Position numbers and translations under genes: made by a program. The notes under the pieces are model-generated. The model worked only from the letters and a program-made list of their open reading frames with translations. It did not search any database and was not told where the DNA came from. A DNA stretch of 64,000 nucleotides from Bacillota bacterium (GTDB lineage Bacteria; Bacillota; UBA4882; UBA10575): positions 13,155-77,154 of the forward strand of contig JAAYHQ010000047.1 in assembly GCA_012727425.1 (NCBI GenBank). The letters are read 5' to 3'. Position 1 is the stretch's first letter; the number at the start of each line of letters is the position of its first letter. This document shows positions 19,296-27,536 of the stretch, one piece after another.

Positions 19296-19397
19296 ATGGG
19301 GAGCGTTGATACTGCGAGCGGAAGCTTTGCGCCATTTCTCATTTTCTTGATCCTGATACTCCTGGTCTTAGGGATTAATAATGACCGGAAATATTAA
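19296..19397 (+). CDS. tiny hydrophobic peptide (33 aa; YjcZ-like tiny-TM look)
   Basis: ATG 19296 to TAA 19395-19397 encodes MGSVDTASGSFAPFLIFLILILLVLGINNDRKY. GGGAGGTG lies 11 nt upstream and a hairpin follows at 19462-19488. Below the ORF-track size cutoff. Confidence 0.3.
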   Translation: MGSVDTASGSFAPFLIFLILILLVLGINNDRKY

Positions 19398-19461
19398 ATA
19401 AAGATGGGTTGACCGCTAGGGCATCCTTGTTGTAGGTACAAGGTGTTTAATAATTAATAAA

Positions 19462-19488
19462 AAGGACCCGGTAAGATACCGGGTCTTT
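19462..19488. terminator. bidirectional hairpin between the tiny ORF and the tRNA unit
   Basis: GACCCGGTA-aga-TACCGGGTC perfect 9-bp stem, flanked by an A-run on the 5' side and a T-run on the 3' side. Confidence 0.5.
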
Positions 19489-19516
19489 GCTTTGCAACCA
19501 CAACCGGGTTGTCAGG

Positions 19517-19548
19517 GGGAAAACAAAAAATCCGGAAGCATCCGGATT
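19517..19548 (-). terminator. intrinsic terminator of the tRNA-Gly/tRNA-Thr unit
   Basis: In the minus sense: AATCCGGA-tgct-TCCGGATT followed by TTTTTTGTTTT. Confidence 0.7.
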
Positions 19549-19563
19549 CGCCGTTTATCTATC

Positions 19564-19639
19564 TGGAGCTGGCGATCCGAATCGAACGGACAACCTGCGG
19601 TTTACGATACCGCTGCTCTGCCAGTTGAGCTACGCCAGC
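19564..19639 (-). tRNA. tRNA-Thr (anticodon CGU), CCA encoded
   Basis: 76-nt cloverleaf folded by hand: acceptor GCTGGCG/CGCCAGC, anticodon stem GCGGT/ACCGC, loop ATCGTAA, T-loop TTCGATT. Confidence 0.9.
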
Positions 19640-19645
19640 ATTAAT

Positions 19646-19720
19646 TGGAGCGGGCGACGGGATTTGAACCCGCGACCCTCGGCTTGGGAAGCCGATGCTC
19701 TACCACTGAGCTACACCCGC
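19646..19720 (-). tRNA. tRNA-Gly (anticodon CCC), CCA encoded
   Basis: 75-nt cloverleaf: acceptor GCGGGTG/CGCCCGC, anticodon stem TCGGC/GCCGA, loop TTCCCAA, T-loop TTCAAAT. Confidence 0.9.
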
Positions 19721-19732
19721 TTGACAACATAT

Positions 19733-19761
19733 ATTTTATGATAATCAGCTAAGAAAGTCAA
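19733..19761 (-). promoter_or_regulatory. sigma-A-type promoter of the tRNA pair
   Basis: In the minus sense: TTGACT (19761-19756), 17-nt spacer, TAAAAT (19738-19733). The tRNA starts 12 nt later. Confidence 0.55.
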
Positions 19762-19977
19762 GCACAACTTCTGCCACCGCTTCCGCTTTTCGCCCTGACG
19801 AAATGAAGATCTAGTAAATATTTTTTCCGAAAAGAAGGGGGATCCATTTTAAGCGCGAATATTAAAAACTGTTTGGGTACGTTTGAAACAGTAAATCTAG
19901 CCAACCCACTCAGCTGAAGGAGTACTGGTTGCTCCTGGCCGCGGTAGTGGTGGAAAGATTGTGAAGGAGGTGTCAAG

Positions 19978-20148
19978 ATGGCCTACAAAATCACCGATGA
20001 TTGCATTAGCTGTGGTTCCTGTGCCGATGAGTGCCCGGTAGAAGCGATCAGTGAGGGTGCGGATAAATACGAGATTGATCCGGAAAAATGCACCGACTGT
20101 GGCTCCTGCGCCGAGGTTTGTCCGGTTGATGCTTGTCAGCCCGAATAA
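19978..20148 (+). CDS. 2x[4Fe-4S] clostridial-type ferredoxin (56 aa)
   Basis: MAYKITDDCISCGSCADECP...CTDCGSCAEVCP carries two CxxCxxCxxxCP motifs. GAAGGAGGTG RBS. Below the ORF-track cutoff. Confidence 0.85.
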   Translation: MAYKITDDCISCGSCADECPVEAISEGADKYEIDPEKCTDCGSCAEVCPVDACQPE

Positions 20149-20179
20149 GCGGTTCGGTGTAATTAGTTTTGCAGCAAAT

Positions 20180-20207
20180 CCCGCCAAATGGCGGGTTTTA
20201 TTTTTTA
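20180..20207 (+). terminator. intrinsic terminator after the ferredoxin gene
   Basis: CCCGCC-aaat-GGCGGG followed by TTTTATTTTTT. Confidence 0.7.
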
Positions 20208-20384
20208 GAGCCGCGGCGGCGCTACAAAATCCGGCTCCTCAAGGGCTTTTTCTTCCAAGTATTCTTTTATCAGACGCCGGACCACCTCCGAGATGCTCGA
20301 CCGCTCATAAAAGGTTAAGTGGCGCAGTTTTTCGTAGGTCTCTTCCTCAATGCGCACATGTAAATTCTTTCTTTTCACGCCCAT
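20205..20384 (-). CDS. ribbon-helix-helix (CopG-family) DNA-binding protein
   Basis: ORF 20205..20396. Start set at ATG 20384, after GGGAGG. KRKNLHVRIEEETYEKLRHLTFYERSSISEVVRRLI fits a beta strand followed by two helices, as in RHH proteins. Confidence 0.6.
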   Translation of the reverse strand: MGVKRKNLHVRIEEETYEKLRHLTFYERSSISEVVRRLIKEYLEEKALEEPDFVAPPRL

Positions 20385-20452
20385 TTTTCCTCCCATTCCC
20401 CTAGGCTTATTATCTCCTTCTGTCCAAAAGATATCGGTTTTACCACCGGTTT

Positions 20453-21118
20453 TCAGGAGAAATTTTCTTCCGTTCCGGTCAGTGCCGTGCAGGCATCCAG
20501 TTTGGCGAGAAAATGATTGAGATTGTCGCCGACGGGGATAAAAATCAATTCCATTTTAAAGTCTGGGCGGTAAGCGGAGATCTCGGCCAGTAAAACGCGG
20601 CGGTCAAAGGAGTAAATCTTACTGGCCAGTTGGATCGATTTCAGGACGTTCTGGATCATTACCGGTGGGGTTAACCACCACCGGGTTGCTAGTTTCGTGT
20701 GGAGAGAATGCCAGAAAGTATTGATTAGGATGTTCGTTAATTCACTGAGAAACGATTCGTCCACCTTGTTCAGGAAAAACTTGCGGACCGGCCGTTTGCG
20801 CTTCATTTCCAAACTGATCAGTTCCATCGCGGTTTCCCGGGAAAAACAAAGATATAACTCGCCTTTCAGCTCGCCGGTAACGCGGGAGTGAAAACCAAGC
20901 TCGGCCGTTGGTGTGTGCTCCAGGTTTTGGACCAGCCACGAAAAGGGCAGAAAGAAGAAACCAGTCAACTCCATCTCTACCGGGTGGGGGAAAAAAGCGG
21001 AAAGCTTTTGTTTCAGAGAATGGACTCCGGCTTGGTATAGTTTCTCTAATTTGTTGACACCGTGTTCATTGGTGAGGAGCGGAGAATAAAAAAGACCCTT
21101 GCGCATCACCATTGCCAT
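20453..21118 (-). CDS. CheC/CheX-like domain protein, function unknown
   Basis: 221 aa. One exact copy of the CheC-family active-site pattern [DS]xxxExxN-x22-P (SFLSELTN...TPP). A preceding GELKGELYLCFSRETAMEL segment resembles the CheX/CheC core. GAGGTGA RBS. Confidence 0.45.
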   Translation of the reverse strand: MAMVMRKGLFYSPLLTNEHGVNKLEKLYQAGVHSLKQKLSAFFPHPVEMELTGFFFLPFSWLVQNLEHTPTAELGFHSRVTGELKGELYLCFSRETAMELISLEMKRKRPVRKFFLNKVDESFLSELTNILINTFWHSLHTKLATRWWLTPPVMIQNVLKSIQLASKIYSFDRRVLLAEISAYRPDFKMELIFIPVGDNLNHFLAKLDACTALTGTEENFS

Positions 21119-21179
21119 CAGAAATCACCTCGTTCCGATCTAGGTCAAGGATCTATTCGTTCCCGTACAGCGTTTTCCT

Positions 21180-21194
21180 TTCCATATAATGGAA
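21180..21194. promoter_or_regulatory. perfect 15-bp palindrome upstream of the CheC-like/RHH operon (candidate operator)
   Basis: TTCCAT-ATA-ATGGAA, 62 nt upstream of ATG 21118. Confidence 0.3.
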
Positions 21195-21345
21195 TGATTC
21201 CCCCGATAAGTTACGTTTTTTAGGAAGTCGTCCGCGGGTGACCCAGGAACGGCAGGGGAGAGGAACGATGGACCCGGCGGCACGGTGGAGCACCAGATAA
21301 TTACGGAAAGACCATGAACATCTCGAATTTCGACTGACATAAGAA

Positions 21346-21374
21346 AACCTGCCGGTTTTCAAAGCCGGCAGGTT
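21346..21374 (-). terminator. intrinsic terminator after fadD
   Basis: In the minus sense: AACCTGCCGG-ctttgaaaa-CCGGCAGGTT followed by TTCTTATG. Confidence 0.65.
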
Positions 21375-21388
21375 GATCCGTTTCCCGT

Positions 21389-23005
21389 TTAGACCGCTTC
21401 TTCCCGTAATACGCGTCGTAGGACTTTGCCGACGGCGTTCCGGGGTAGGGCGTCGATGATCTGGATTTTCGGCACTTTGAATTTGGACAGATGGGCAAGG
21501 CAGTATTGCCTTAACTCTTTTTCCGAGGTCTCCATCCCGTCTTTTAAAACTATAAAGGCTTTGGGCACTTCGCCCCGGAGGGGATGGGGGATCCCGACGA
21601 CCGCCACTTCCTTCACGGCCGGATGGGTGTAGAGGAAATCTTCAAGCTCACGGGGGTAGATTTTCTCGCCGCCCATGATGATCATGTCTTTTAAGCGGTC
21701 GGCAATGAAAATATAACCGTCGTCATCCATATAGACCAGGTCGCCGGTGCGCAACCACCCGTCGTCTGTAAAGACCAGTGCGGTTTCGGCCGGGTTATTC
21801 CAGTAACCCTGCATGACTTGGGGCCCCTTGACGAGGAGTTCACCGATTTCGCCACTGGTTGTGATTTCGGCGCCCGTTTGCGGGTCGATGATTTTGACCA
21901 GCGTATCGGCGATGGGCACCCCAATGCTGCCCGGTTTCACCGTTCCGTAAATCGGGGTTACGGTGACGATGGGTGAACACTCGGAAAGTCCGTAACCTTC
22001 CACCAGTTTCCCGCCGGTTACTTGTTGAAACCGTTCCTGAACCGCCGGGGGCAGCGGGGAAGAACCGCTGACGCAAGCCCGGATTGAGCTGAGGTCATAA
22101 CCTTGATTGTCGCGCATCGCGATGGCGGCATACATGGCGGGAACGCCCATAAACAGGTTGGGTTTATATTTATTAATCGACTGCATAATTTCGTTAATAT
22201 CAAACCGCGAATGCAGAATGATGCAGGATCCGGTCAGGATTGGGCTGTTGATCGTTGTTGTTAACCCGTAGATATGGAAGAAGGGAATTACTCCTAAGAA
22301 GCGACCGTTCCCGTCGGTGTAGGCGTTTTTAAACCAGTCCCGGAACTGCACGGCGTTGGCCAGCAAGTTGAAGTGGGTGAGGACCGCGCCCTTAGACCGT
22401 CCGGTTGTCCCTCCGGTATACTGAAGATTGGCGATGGCATTATGGTCGATGTCCACTTGCGGATCGGTACCGGCGGCGTCGGCTAGTAGCTGTTCCAGGG
22501 CTAAGACACCGGCCACCGGCGGGTTGCTGGCCGGATCCAGTTGTCCGGTCAAAGCAGTGGAGATGATCTTTAAACCGGTGGTTTTGACCTGTTCAAGCGT
22601 AGGGACTGCTTCTACGGGGGCGATGACCACTTTCAAGCGGGCATCCTTGATGATGAAGGCCAGATCTTCACCGGTTAACATGGGGTTGATCGGTACCGCG
22701 ATCCCGCCTGCCCGCAGGATCCCATAGTAGGCGATAAGAAACTGAGGACTATTCGGCAGGTAGAGCCCGACCGTATCACCGGTAGTCAGGCCCAAGTCAA
22801 GCAAAACGTTGGCCATCTTTGAAACCAGTTCATTAAACTCCCGGTAGGTCCATTCCCGGTCCAGGAAGATAAAGGCGGTGTGGTCAGGGTATTTGCGGCT
22901 GGTTTCATGGAGCACCTGCCCTAAGGTCAGCTGGGGGTATTCCAAATGAGCCCTGACGCCTGGTTCGTAATGTTTAACCCACTTTGGTGTTGAAGCGGTC
23001 TTCAT
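21389..23005 (-). CDS. fadD: long-chain fatty acid-CoA ligase (AMP-dependent synthetase)
   Basis: ORF 21389..23062. Start set at ATG 23005 (MKTASTPKW), after AAAGGAG. AMP-binding motif YTGGTTGRSKGAVLTH, plus GYGLSE and TGDL. Confidence 0.85.
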   Translation of the reverse strand: MKTASTPKWVKHYEPGVRAHLEYPQLTLGQVLHETSRKYPDHTAFIFLDREWTYREFNELVSKMANVLLDLGLTTGDTVGLYLPNSPQFLIAYYGILRAGGIAVPINPMLTGEDLAFIIKDARLKVVIAPVEAVPTLEQVKTTGLKIISTALTGQLDPASNPPVAGVLALEQLLADAAGTDPQVDIDHNAIANLQYTGGTTGRSKGAVLTHFNLLANAVQFRDWFKNAYTDGNGRFLGVIPFFHIYGLTTTINSPILTGSCIILHSRFDINEIMQSINKYKPNLFMGVPAMYAAIAMRDNQGYDLSSIRACVSGSSPLPPAVQERFQQVTGGKLVEGYGLSECSPIVTVTPIYGTVKPGSIGVPIADTLVKIIDPQTGAEITTSGEIGELLVKGPQVMQGYWNNPAETALVFTDDGWLRTGDLVYMDDDGYIFIADRLKDMIIMGGEKIYPRELEDFLYTHPAVKEVAVVGIPHPLRGEVPKAFIVLKDGMETSEKELRQYCLAHLSKFKVPKIQIIDALPRNAVGKVLRRVLREEAV

Positions 23006-23250
23006 CGTGCTGATCTCCTTTCTGGCCTGAGCGGAAGGGGTTTCTTCGGCGGGAAGCTCCACGGACGAACCCAGGCCAAGTGGTTTTCGTTCAAGACTTT
23101 AGGACCTACTAATTATACCAACTAATAATAGGTTTCGCAATAGTTTATCTTAATTTTTGGTTACCTTAATTTACCCCAAAACAGGCGCGGACTGGGTGGT
23201 GCGTTGGGCGCGGGCCTTTTGCCAGAAAAAATTACAGGTTTGATGTTTAA

Positions 23251-23300
23251 ATCCCTCCGGATTGGTAAATACTGATCACAAAGACAAATTCCGGAGGGAT
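23251..23300 (+). promoter_or_regulatory. SD-sequestering hairpin in the ywmB-like leader
   Basis: ATCCCTCCGGA (23251-61) is the perfect reverse complement of TCCGGAGGGAT (23290-300). The latter contains the SD GGAGGG and the first ATG. Loop is 28 nt. Confidence 0.45.
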
Positions 23301-24060
23301 GAGCATGATCCAGCGTTTCTTGCGAAAAACCCTTTTTTCCCTTTGTTTTCTCTTCCTCTTTACTATGCGTTACGTGGATCTTACGTGCAGTGTTGCCCTG
23401 CATGATCTGCCGCTTCTGGCCGGGTGGGAAGAAGTGGGGGTTCCCCTGGCCGAGATTGAGGTCGAAGGTTGGAAGAAGCTGAATACCGATTTTATGGATA
23501 CGGCGCAGTTGGCTGGACTCGCCACCAACTTGGAAAAAAGGTTACCGTTGCAGATGGTGACACCGCCTGTAAAGGGTGATGAACTTGATTTCAGCTACCT
23601 GACATTGGAAGGCAGTTTGGCCGGTCAGGTGCCGGTGGTGATCACGTTGCAATCGATCCGGGGGGACGCCGGTGGGGCGGAGACTTATTGCGGCGTGATT
23701 GCGCTGCCTAAATCAGCGGAGATGCTGGCCGAAACGGTTTCCCGTTTGGAACGGGCTTTTACACCGGTGGTGGGTGAAATGCCGCTGGCAGTCATGTTGG
23801 GCGGCGTTTGGCCTGGACGACTGAGCGCCGGGGAGGCCTACCAGATGATGAGGCGTGTCTTCCAGCGTTTACATGTGACCGGGAGTATTGGTAATGCTGA
23901 TTATGAGAATGGCCGTTGGTCGGGGTGGAGTAATTTACTCGCTGGTAAAACCCGGCCGCCGGAGGGCCAGATTAACTTGGAATTTGCCTACCGGTACGAC
24001 GCGGCCACCGGCGAGACGCGGATTGCCCTGGCGTCACCGGCGTTGCCCGGTTTTTTCTGA
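23299..24060 (+). CDS. YwmB-family protein
   Basis: 253 aa with an N-terminal hydrophobic segment. The C-terminal INLEFAYRY..GETRIALASPALPGFF parallels the B. subtilis YwmB end (..NLQIALR..TVTVGTPIVTTEY, from memory). The start may be ATG 23305. Confidence 0.5.
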   Translation: MSMIQRFLRKTLFSLCFLFLFTMRYVDLTCSVALHDLPLLAGWEEVGVPLAEIEVEGWKKLNTDFMDTAQLAGLATNLEKRLPLQMVTPPVKGDELDFSYLTLEGSLAGQVPVVITLQSIRGDAGGAETYCGVIALPKSAEMLAETVSRLERAFTPVVGEMPLAVMLGGVWPGRLSAGEAYQMMRRVFQRLHVTGSIGNADYENGRWSGWSNLLAGKTRPPEGQINLEFAYRYDAATGETRIALASPALPGFF

Positions 24061-24178
24061 GGAGTAGTTTGTCCGGGAGGCCGGTGTATAAACTATTATT
24101 TTTCGAGCTGGAAAGAGGAATTAACCGGAAAGTGCCTAAGTTTATCTGGAAACGGACTATCTTCCGGCCGGAGGTGGA

Positions 24179-25030
24179 ATGATGAGGCATTATTCGGTGC
24201 TCTTTCTTCTTTTGGTGTTGGTTTTGTCTCTCCCGCTTGCTACGGAGGCTTCCTGGCAACTTGGTCTGGATTGTTCATTAAAAGAAGGCTTCGCTCCCGA
24301 AACGGTAAAACTCAATTGGTGGTTGGCACCTTGGTGGGGGGTGCGTTCAGCTTATGCTTGGGCGGAGGAGGACCTTAGTTTAGCCCTTGTTCACATCCCC
24401 CAAACCCGGGCGAATTTCAACTCTTATCTGGGTATAGGTGTCCGCGATCTCCTTGATCACCACCAGTTGCCCTGGGGGGAAAAGATCGAGGTTGCCGTTG
24501 GCGTTGAACTGCGTTTAGACCGGTTCATCCCCGGTCTGGCCACGGCGGTGGAAGGCCGTCTGGTTCCCGCCAATTTGGTGGGAGAGCCCAACCAGTTGGC
24601 GCCCTTTCTCGGGGTTGCTTTCCATTATGGTTTCACGCCTGTTACGGTGCGGTCACCGCGGGGCGTTGACGAAGACCTTTACCTGCTGGCCAAGTTGATC
24701 CGGGCGGAAGCCGAAGGCGAACCCTATGCGGGGCAGGTGGCGGTTGGGGCGGTCGTCATGAACCGGGTCAAAAGCCCCCAGTTCCCCAACACCATTTATG
24801 ATGTGATCTACCAACCGCGGCAGTTCAGCTGCCTGCCGAAGCTGGCGACCATTGAACCGAATGCCGAGTCCCTGCGGGCCGCCCGGGATGCGATGGCCGG
24901 GATTGATCCGTCCCGGGGCGCGCTCTATTACTACAACCCGAAGCTGGCCTCCCCGGAAGGCGCAAGGTTCTTCCGGACGGCGAATCTGACCCCCACGGTG
25001 GTCATTGGTAACCACCATTTCTATAAATAA
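24179..25030 (+). CDS. SleB/CwlJ-type cell-wall hydrolase (Hydrolase_2) with an N-terminal beta-barrel-like module
   Basis: 283 aa with a signal peptide. C-terminal half: LLAKLIRAEAEGEPYAGQVAVGAVVMNRV..YQPRQFS..ALYYYNP. N-terminal 125 aa show an alternating-hydrophobic pattern ending in FHYGF. Confidence 0.75.
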   Translation: MMRHYSVLFLLLVLVLSLPLATEASWQLGLDCSLKEGFAPETVKLNWWLAPWWGVRSAYAWAEEDLSLALVHIPQTRANFNSYLGIGVRDLLDHHQLPWGEKIEVAVGVELRLDRFIPGLATAVEGRLVPANLVGEPNQLAPFLGVAFHYGFTPVTVRSPRGVDEDLYLLAKLIRAEAEGEPYAGQVAVGAVVMNRVKSPQFPNTIYDVIYQPRQFSCLPKLATIEPNAESLRAARDAMAGIDPSRGALYYYNPKLASPEGARFFRTANLTPTVVIGNHHFYK

Positions 25031-25068
25031 GGCAAAGATGGCGCCTTGAATAAAAGGTAAAAAAGGAT

Positions 25069-25088
25069 AAAGGCCAACTACGGCCTTT
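25069..25088 (+). terminator. terminator after the SleB-like gene
   Basis: AAAGGCC-aactac-GGCCTTT followed by AATTTTAAT. Confidence 0.5.
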
Positions 25089-25159
25089 AATTTTAATAAG
25101 GCGAAGGCAACCACCTTAATAAGGATTGAGCCCCATCCGGGTCGCCGGATTGGGGCGAA

Positions 25160-27196
25160 TTATTGGGCCGGGGCTTTCTCCCGGGGGATTCTTTTCGGCC
25201 ACGTGGTCAGCCAGTGCCAGATTTTATAGGAAGTGCTTTCCGGAACCCGGTTCTCGGCAAAGACCTCCAGATAGGATTCTTTATTGACCCAAGCGGGGAT
25301 CGCTTGGCCCGTCTGGATATCGACATGTGCCCAGACAATGCCCTCCGGTTCGGCAAAGGCGACCACCGGTTGCCCGGCGGTGATTTGGGCCATATAGTCA
25401 CGCCAGATTGCGGCGGCGGTCCCGCCGCCAACGACGCCTTCTTGGTAACGCATCGGTTCCTCTTGGCGGTCATTGCCAATCCAGACGGTAGTTAAATATT
25501 CGGGGGTGTACCCGACAAACCAGGCGTTGGTGTAATCATTGGTGGTTCCGGTTTTTCCCGCTACCGGGCGGCCATCGGGGAGCTTTGCCCGCTGTCCTGT
25601 ACCTTGCTCCACGGCGTCTTTGAGGAGCATGGTTATGATATAAGCCGTTTGCGGGGAGATGACCTCCCGGGTGGGCTTGGGTTGAAAGGTCTTGATTGTT
25701 CTTCCCTGATAATTTGTGATCCGGACGACGGGGTAAGGTTCACGGTATTGGCCTTGGTTGGCGAAGGACGTATAGGCGGCGGCCAATTCCAGCGGGGTGA
25801 CGCCCTTGGTCAACCCGCCAAGGGCCAACGGGGCGTAACCAAGGTCATTGGTTTTTCCTTCCCAGACCAGGCTTTTGATCCCCATCCGTTCCAGTTGGGT
25901 GGCGACGGTGGGAATGCCCAACGTCTGGACCAATTGGACCGCGATCGTGTTCACCGATTCCCTTAAAGCCTGACGCAGGGTGATCTTCCCGCGGTATTCC
26001 CGGTCGCTGTTTTCCGGGGTCCACACGGTACCGTTCTCCAAAGGAATCGCCAACGGTTGATCGTAAAGGATCGTAGCGGCGGTAAAATCGTGTTCCAAAG
26101 CCGTGGCAAAGACAAAGGGTTTCAGCGCCGAGCCCGGTTGCCGGTGGGCTTTGACGCTGCGGTTCAATGGGCTGGTTTGATAGTCACGGCCGCCGACCAT
26201 CGCCAGGATCGCGCCGGTGGCCGGATCAAGGGTGACCAGGGCGGCTTCCGGTTGGACCGCTGCCGAGTAACGGGGCAGATTCTTAAGGGTGAGCTCGGCC
26301 GCCTCTTGGTAGTCCAGATCCAAAGTGGTGTAGATTTTATAACCACCCCACAGCAGTTCCTCCTCGGTGAATCTCTCTTCCGTGATCAGGTAGTCACGGA
26401 GATAATCGATGAAGTAGGCCCCTACGGAAGACCTGGCTTGTTGCGGTTTGACGCTCAAATCCTTCGCGCAGGACGACTGGTATTGTTGTTCGGAGATCAA
26501 CCCTTGTTCCCACATTAAACGGAGCACCAGATTCCGCCGGTTCTTGGCTGCCTCCGGATGCTTAAACGGGGAATAATTTTCCGGACTGCGGATGATCCCG
26601 GCCAACAACGCGGATTCTTCCAGATTGAGTTCGGCGGCGGTTTTATCAAAGTAATAACGGGCGGCGGCTTCGACGCCCACATTGCCATGGGCCAGGTTAA
26701 TGCTGTTTAAATAGAGTTCCAGGATTTCATCTTTGGTGTAGGTTCGTTCAATCAGCAGGGCATAAAACATATCCTTTAGTTTGCGGGTGATGGTCCGGTC
26801 ATACGTCAAAAGGGAGACCTTGGCTAATTGTTGCGTAATCGTACTTCCGCCCTGTTTGGTACCGCCGGGTGATAAAGTCTGGATCACCGCCCGGCCGATA
26901 CCGATGGGATCAAGACCAAAATGGCGGTAAAAACGGGTGTCTTCGGTGGCGATCACCGCTTGTTTAAGGTAGGGGGAGATTTGGTCGAAGGTCACCCAAA
27001 TGCGGCGGTGGGTAAAGAGATCGCCAACCAGACGGCCGTGGCGGTCATAAACCTTTGAAACATAGCGCATGTTCTCCAGTTTGGTTCGGAGGTCCCGCGG
27101 CAGGGAAATGGTGGCGAAGAGGAAACCCACCAGAACAAAGAAGCAGAAAAAGACAAGGTAGGAGCGGGGGAATTTGCGTTTTTTACGCTGACTCAT
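25160..27196 (-). CDS. class A penicillin-binding protein (PBP1A; glycosyltransferase + transpeptidase)
   Basis: 678 aa. GT51 motifs ATEDTRFYRHFG and GGSTITQQ. Transpeptidase motifs SALKPF (SxxK), SVN and KTGTT. Confidence 0.9.
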   Translation of the reverse strand: MSQRKKRKFPRSYLVFFCFFVLVGFLFATISLPRDLRTKLENMRYVSKVYDRHGRLVGDLFTHRRIWVTFDQISPYLKQAVIATEDTRFYRHFGLDPIGIGRAVIQTLSPGGTKQGGSTITQQLAKVSLLTYDRTITRKLKDMFYALLIERTYTKDEILELYLNSINLAHGNVGVEAAARYYFDKTAAELNLEESALLAGIIRSPENYSPFKHPEAAKNRRNLVLRLMWEQGLISEQQYQSSCAKDLSVKPQQARSSVGAYFIDYLRDYLITEERFTEEELLWGGYKIYTTLDLDYQEAAELTLKNLPRYSAAVQPEAALVTLDPATGAILAMVGGRDYQTSPLNRSVKAHRQPGSALKPFVFATALEHDFTAATILYDQPLAIPLENGTVWTPENSDREYRGKITLRQALRESVNTIAVQLVQTLGIPTVATQLERMGIKSLVWEGKTNDLGYAPLALGGLTKGVTPLELAAAYTSFANQGQYREPYPVVRITNYQGRTIKTFQPKPTREVISPQTAYIITMLLKDAVEQGTGQRAKLPDGRPVAGKTGTTNDYTNAWFVGYTPEYLTTVWIGNDRQEEPMRYQEGVVGGGTAAAIWRDYMAQITAGQPVVAFAEPEGIVWAHVDIQTGQAIPAWVNKESYLEVFAENRVPESTSYKIWHWLTTWPKRIPREKAPAQ

Positions 27197-27453
27197 GGTA
27201 CCATCTCCGCACTTAACATAATTTAAATCTGAGCGTTAAGGGATCATCATAAATAAGGCTGGCCGTGATCCAGCCGTGATCTATTCTGTGTCGGTTACAC
27301 AAAAATATACAAAAGATCATCACATAATAACTATCACATTCCCGCCGTTTTGACCAGTAGTATAACTTGTTAAGGCGGAATATTTTTGGCAAGGGGCCGG
27401 GCGACCCTCCCGCCGGGTGGCCTGGCGCCGGAGACGGCTGGGGTGATGAGTAA

Positions 27454-27484
27454 GGAAAACCCTGTTCCGGAGAACAGGGTTTCC
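27454..27484 (-). terminator. terminator after the small OMP-like gene
   Basis: GGAAAACCCTGTTC-cgga-GAACAGGGTTTCC (13 bp plus one bulge). The minus sense ends in TTTTCCTTACT. Confidence 0.6.
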
Positions 27485-27536
27485 TCAGAGCGGTCGCGGC
27501 CGCTTCAGCTACGGTATCTGTATCATCGGCTTCAGG

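Noticed and set aside
19564-19720. tRNA genes (also 51195-51422) as integration sites of a genomic island.
   Set aside because: There is no integrase, direct repeat of a tRNA 3' end, or composition shift nearby. The flanks are housekeeping genes.
20205-21118. A toxin-antitoxin reading of the RHH gene plus its 221-aa neighbour.
   Set aside because: The RHH gene is second and the partner is large. The partner carries a CheC-type motif rather than any toxin fold I recognise. The gene order and sizes are atypical for type II TA systems.
27257-27275. Hairpin GGCTGG-ccgtgat-CCAGCC with a U-rich minus-sense tail, 60 nt upstream of the PBP1A start, considered as an attenuator.
   Set aside because: The stem is only 6 bp and I could not place a convincing PBP1A promoter upstream of it. 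It may simply be a second terminator for the OMP-like gene. The evidence is too weak to call.
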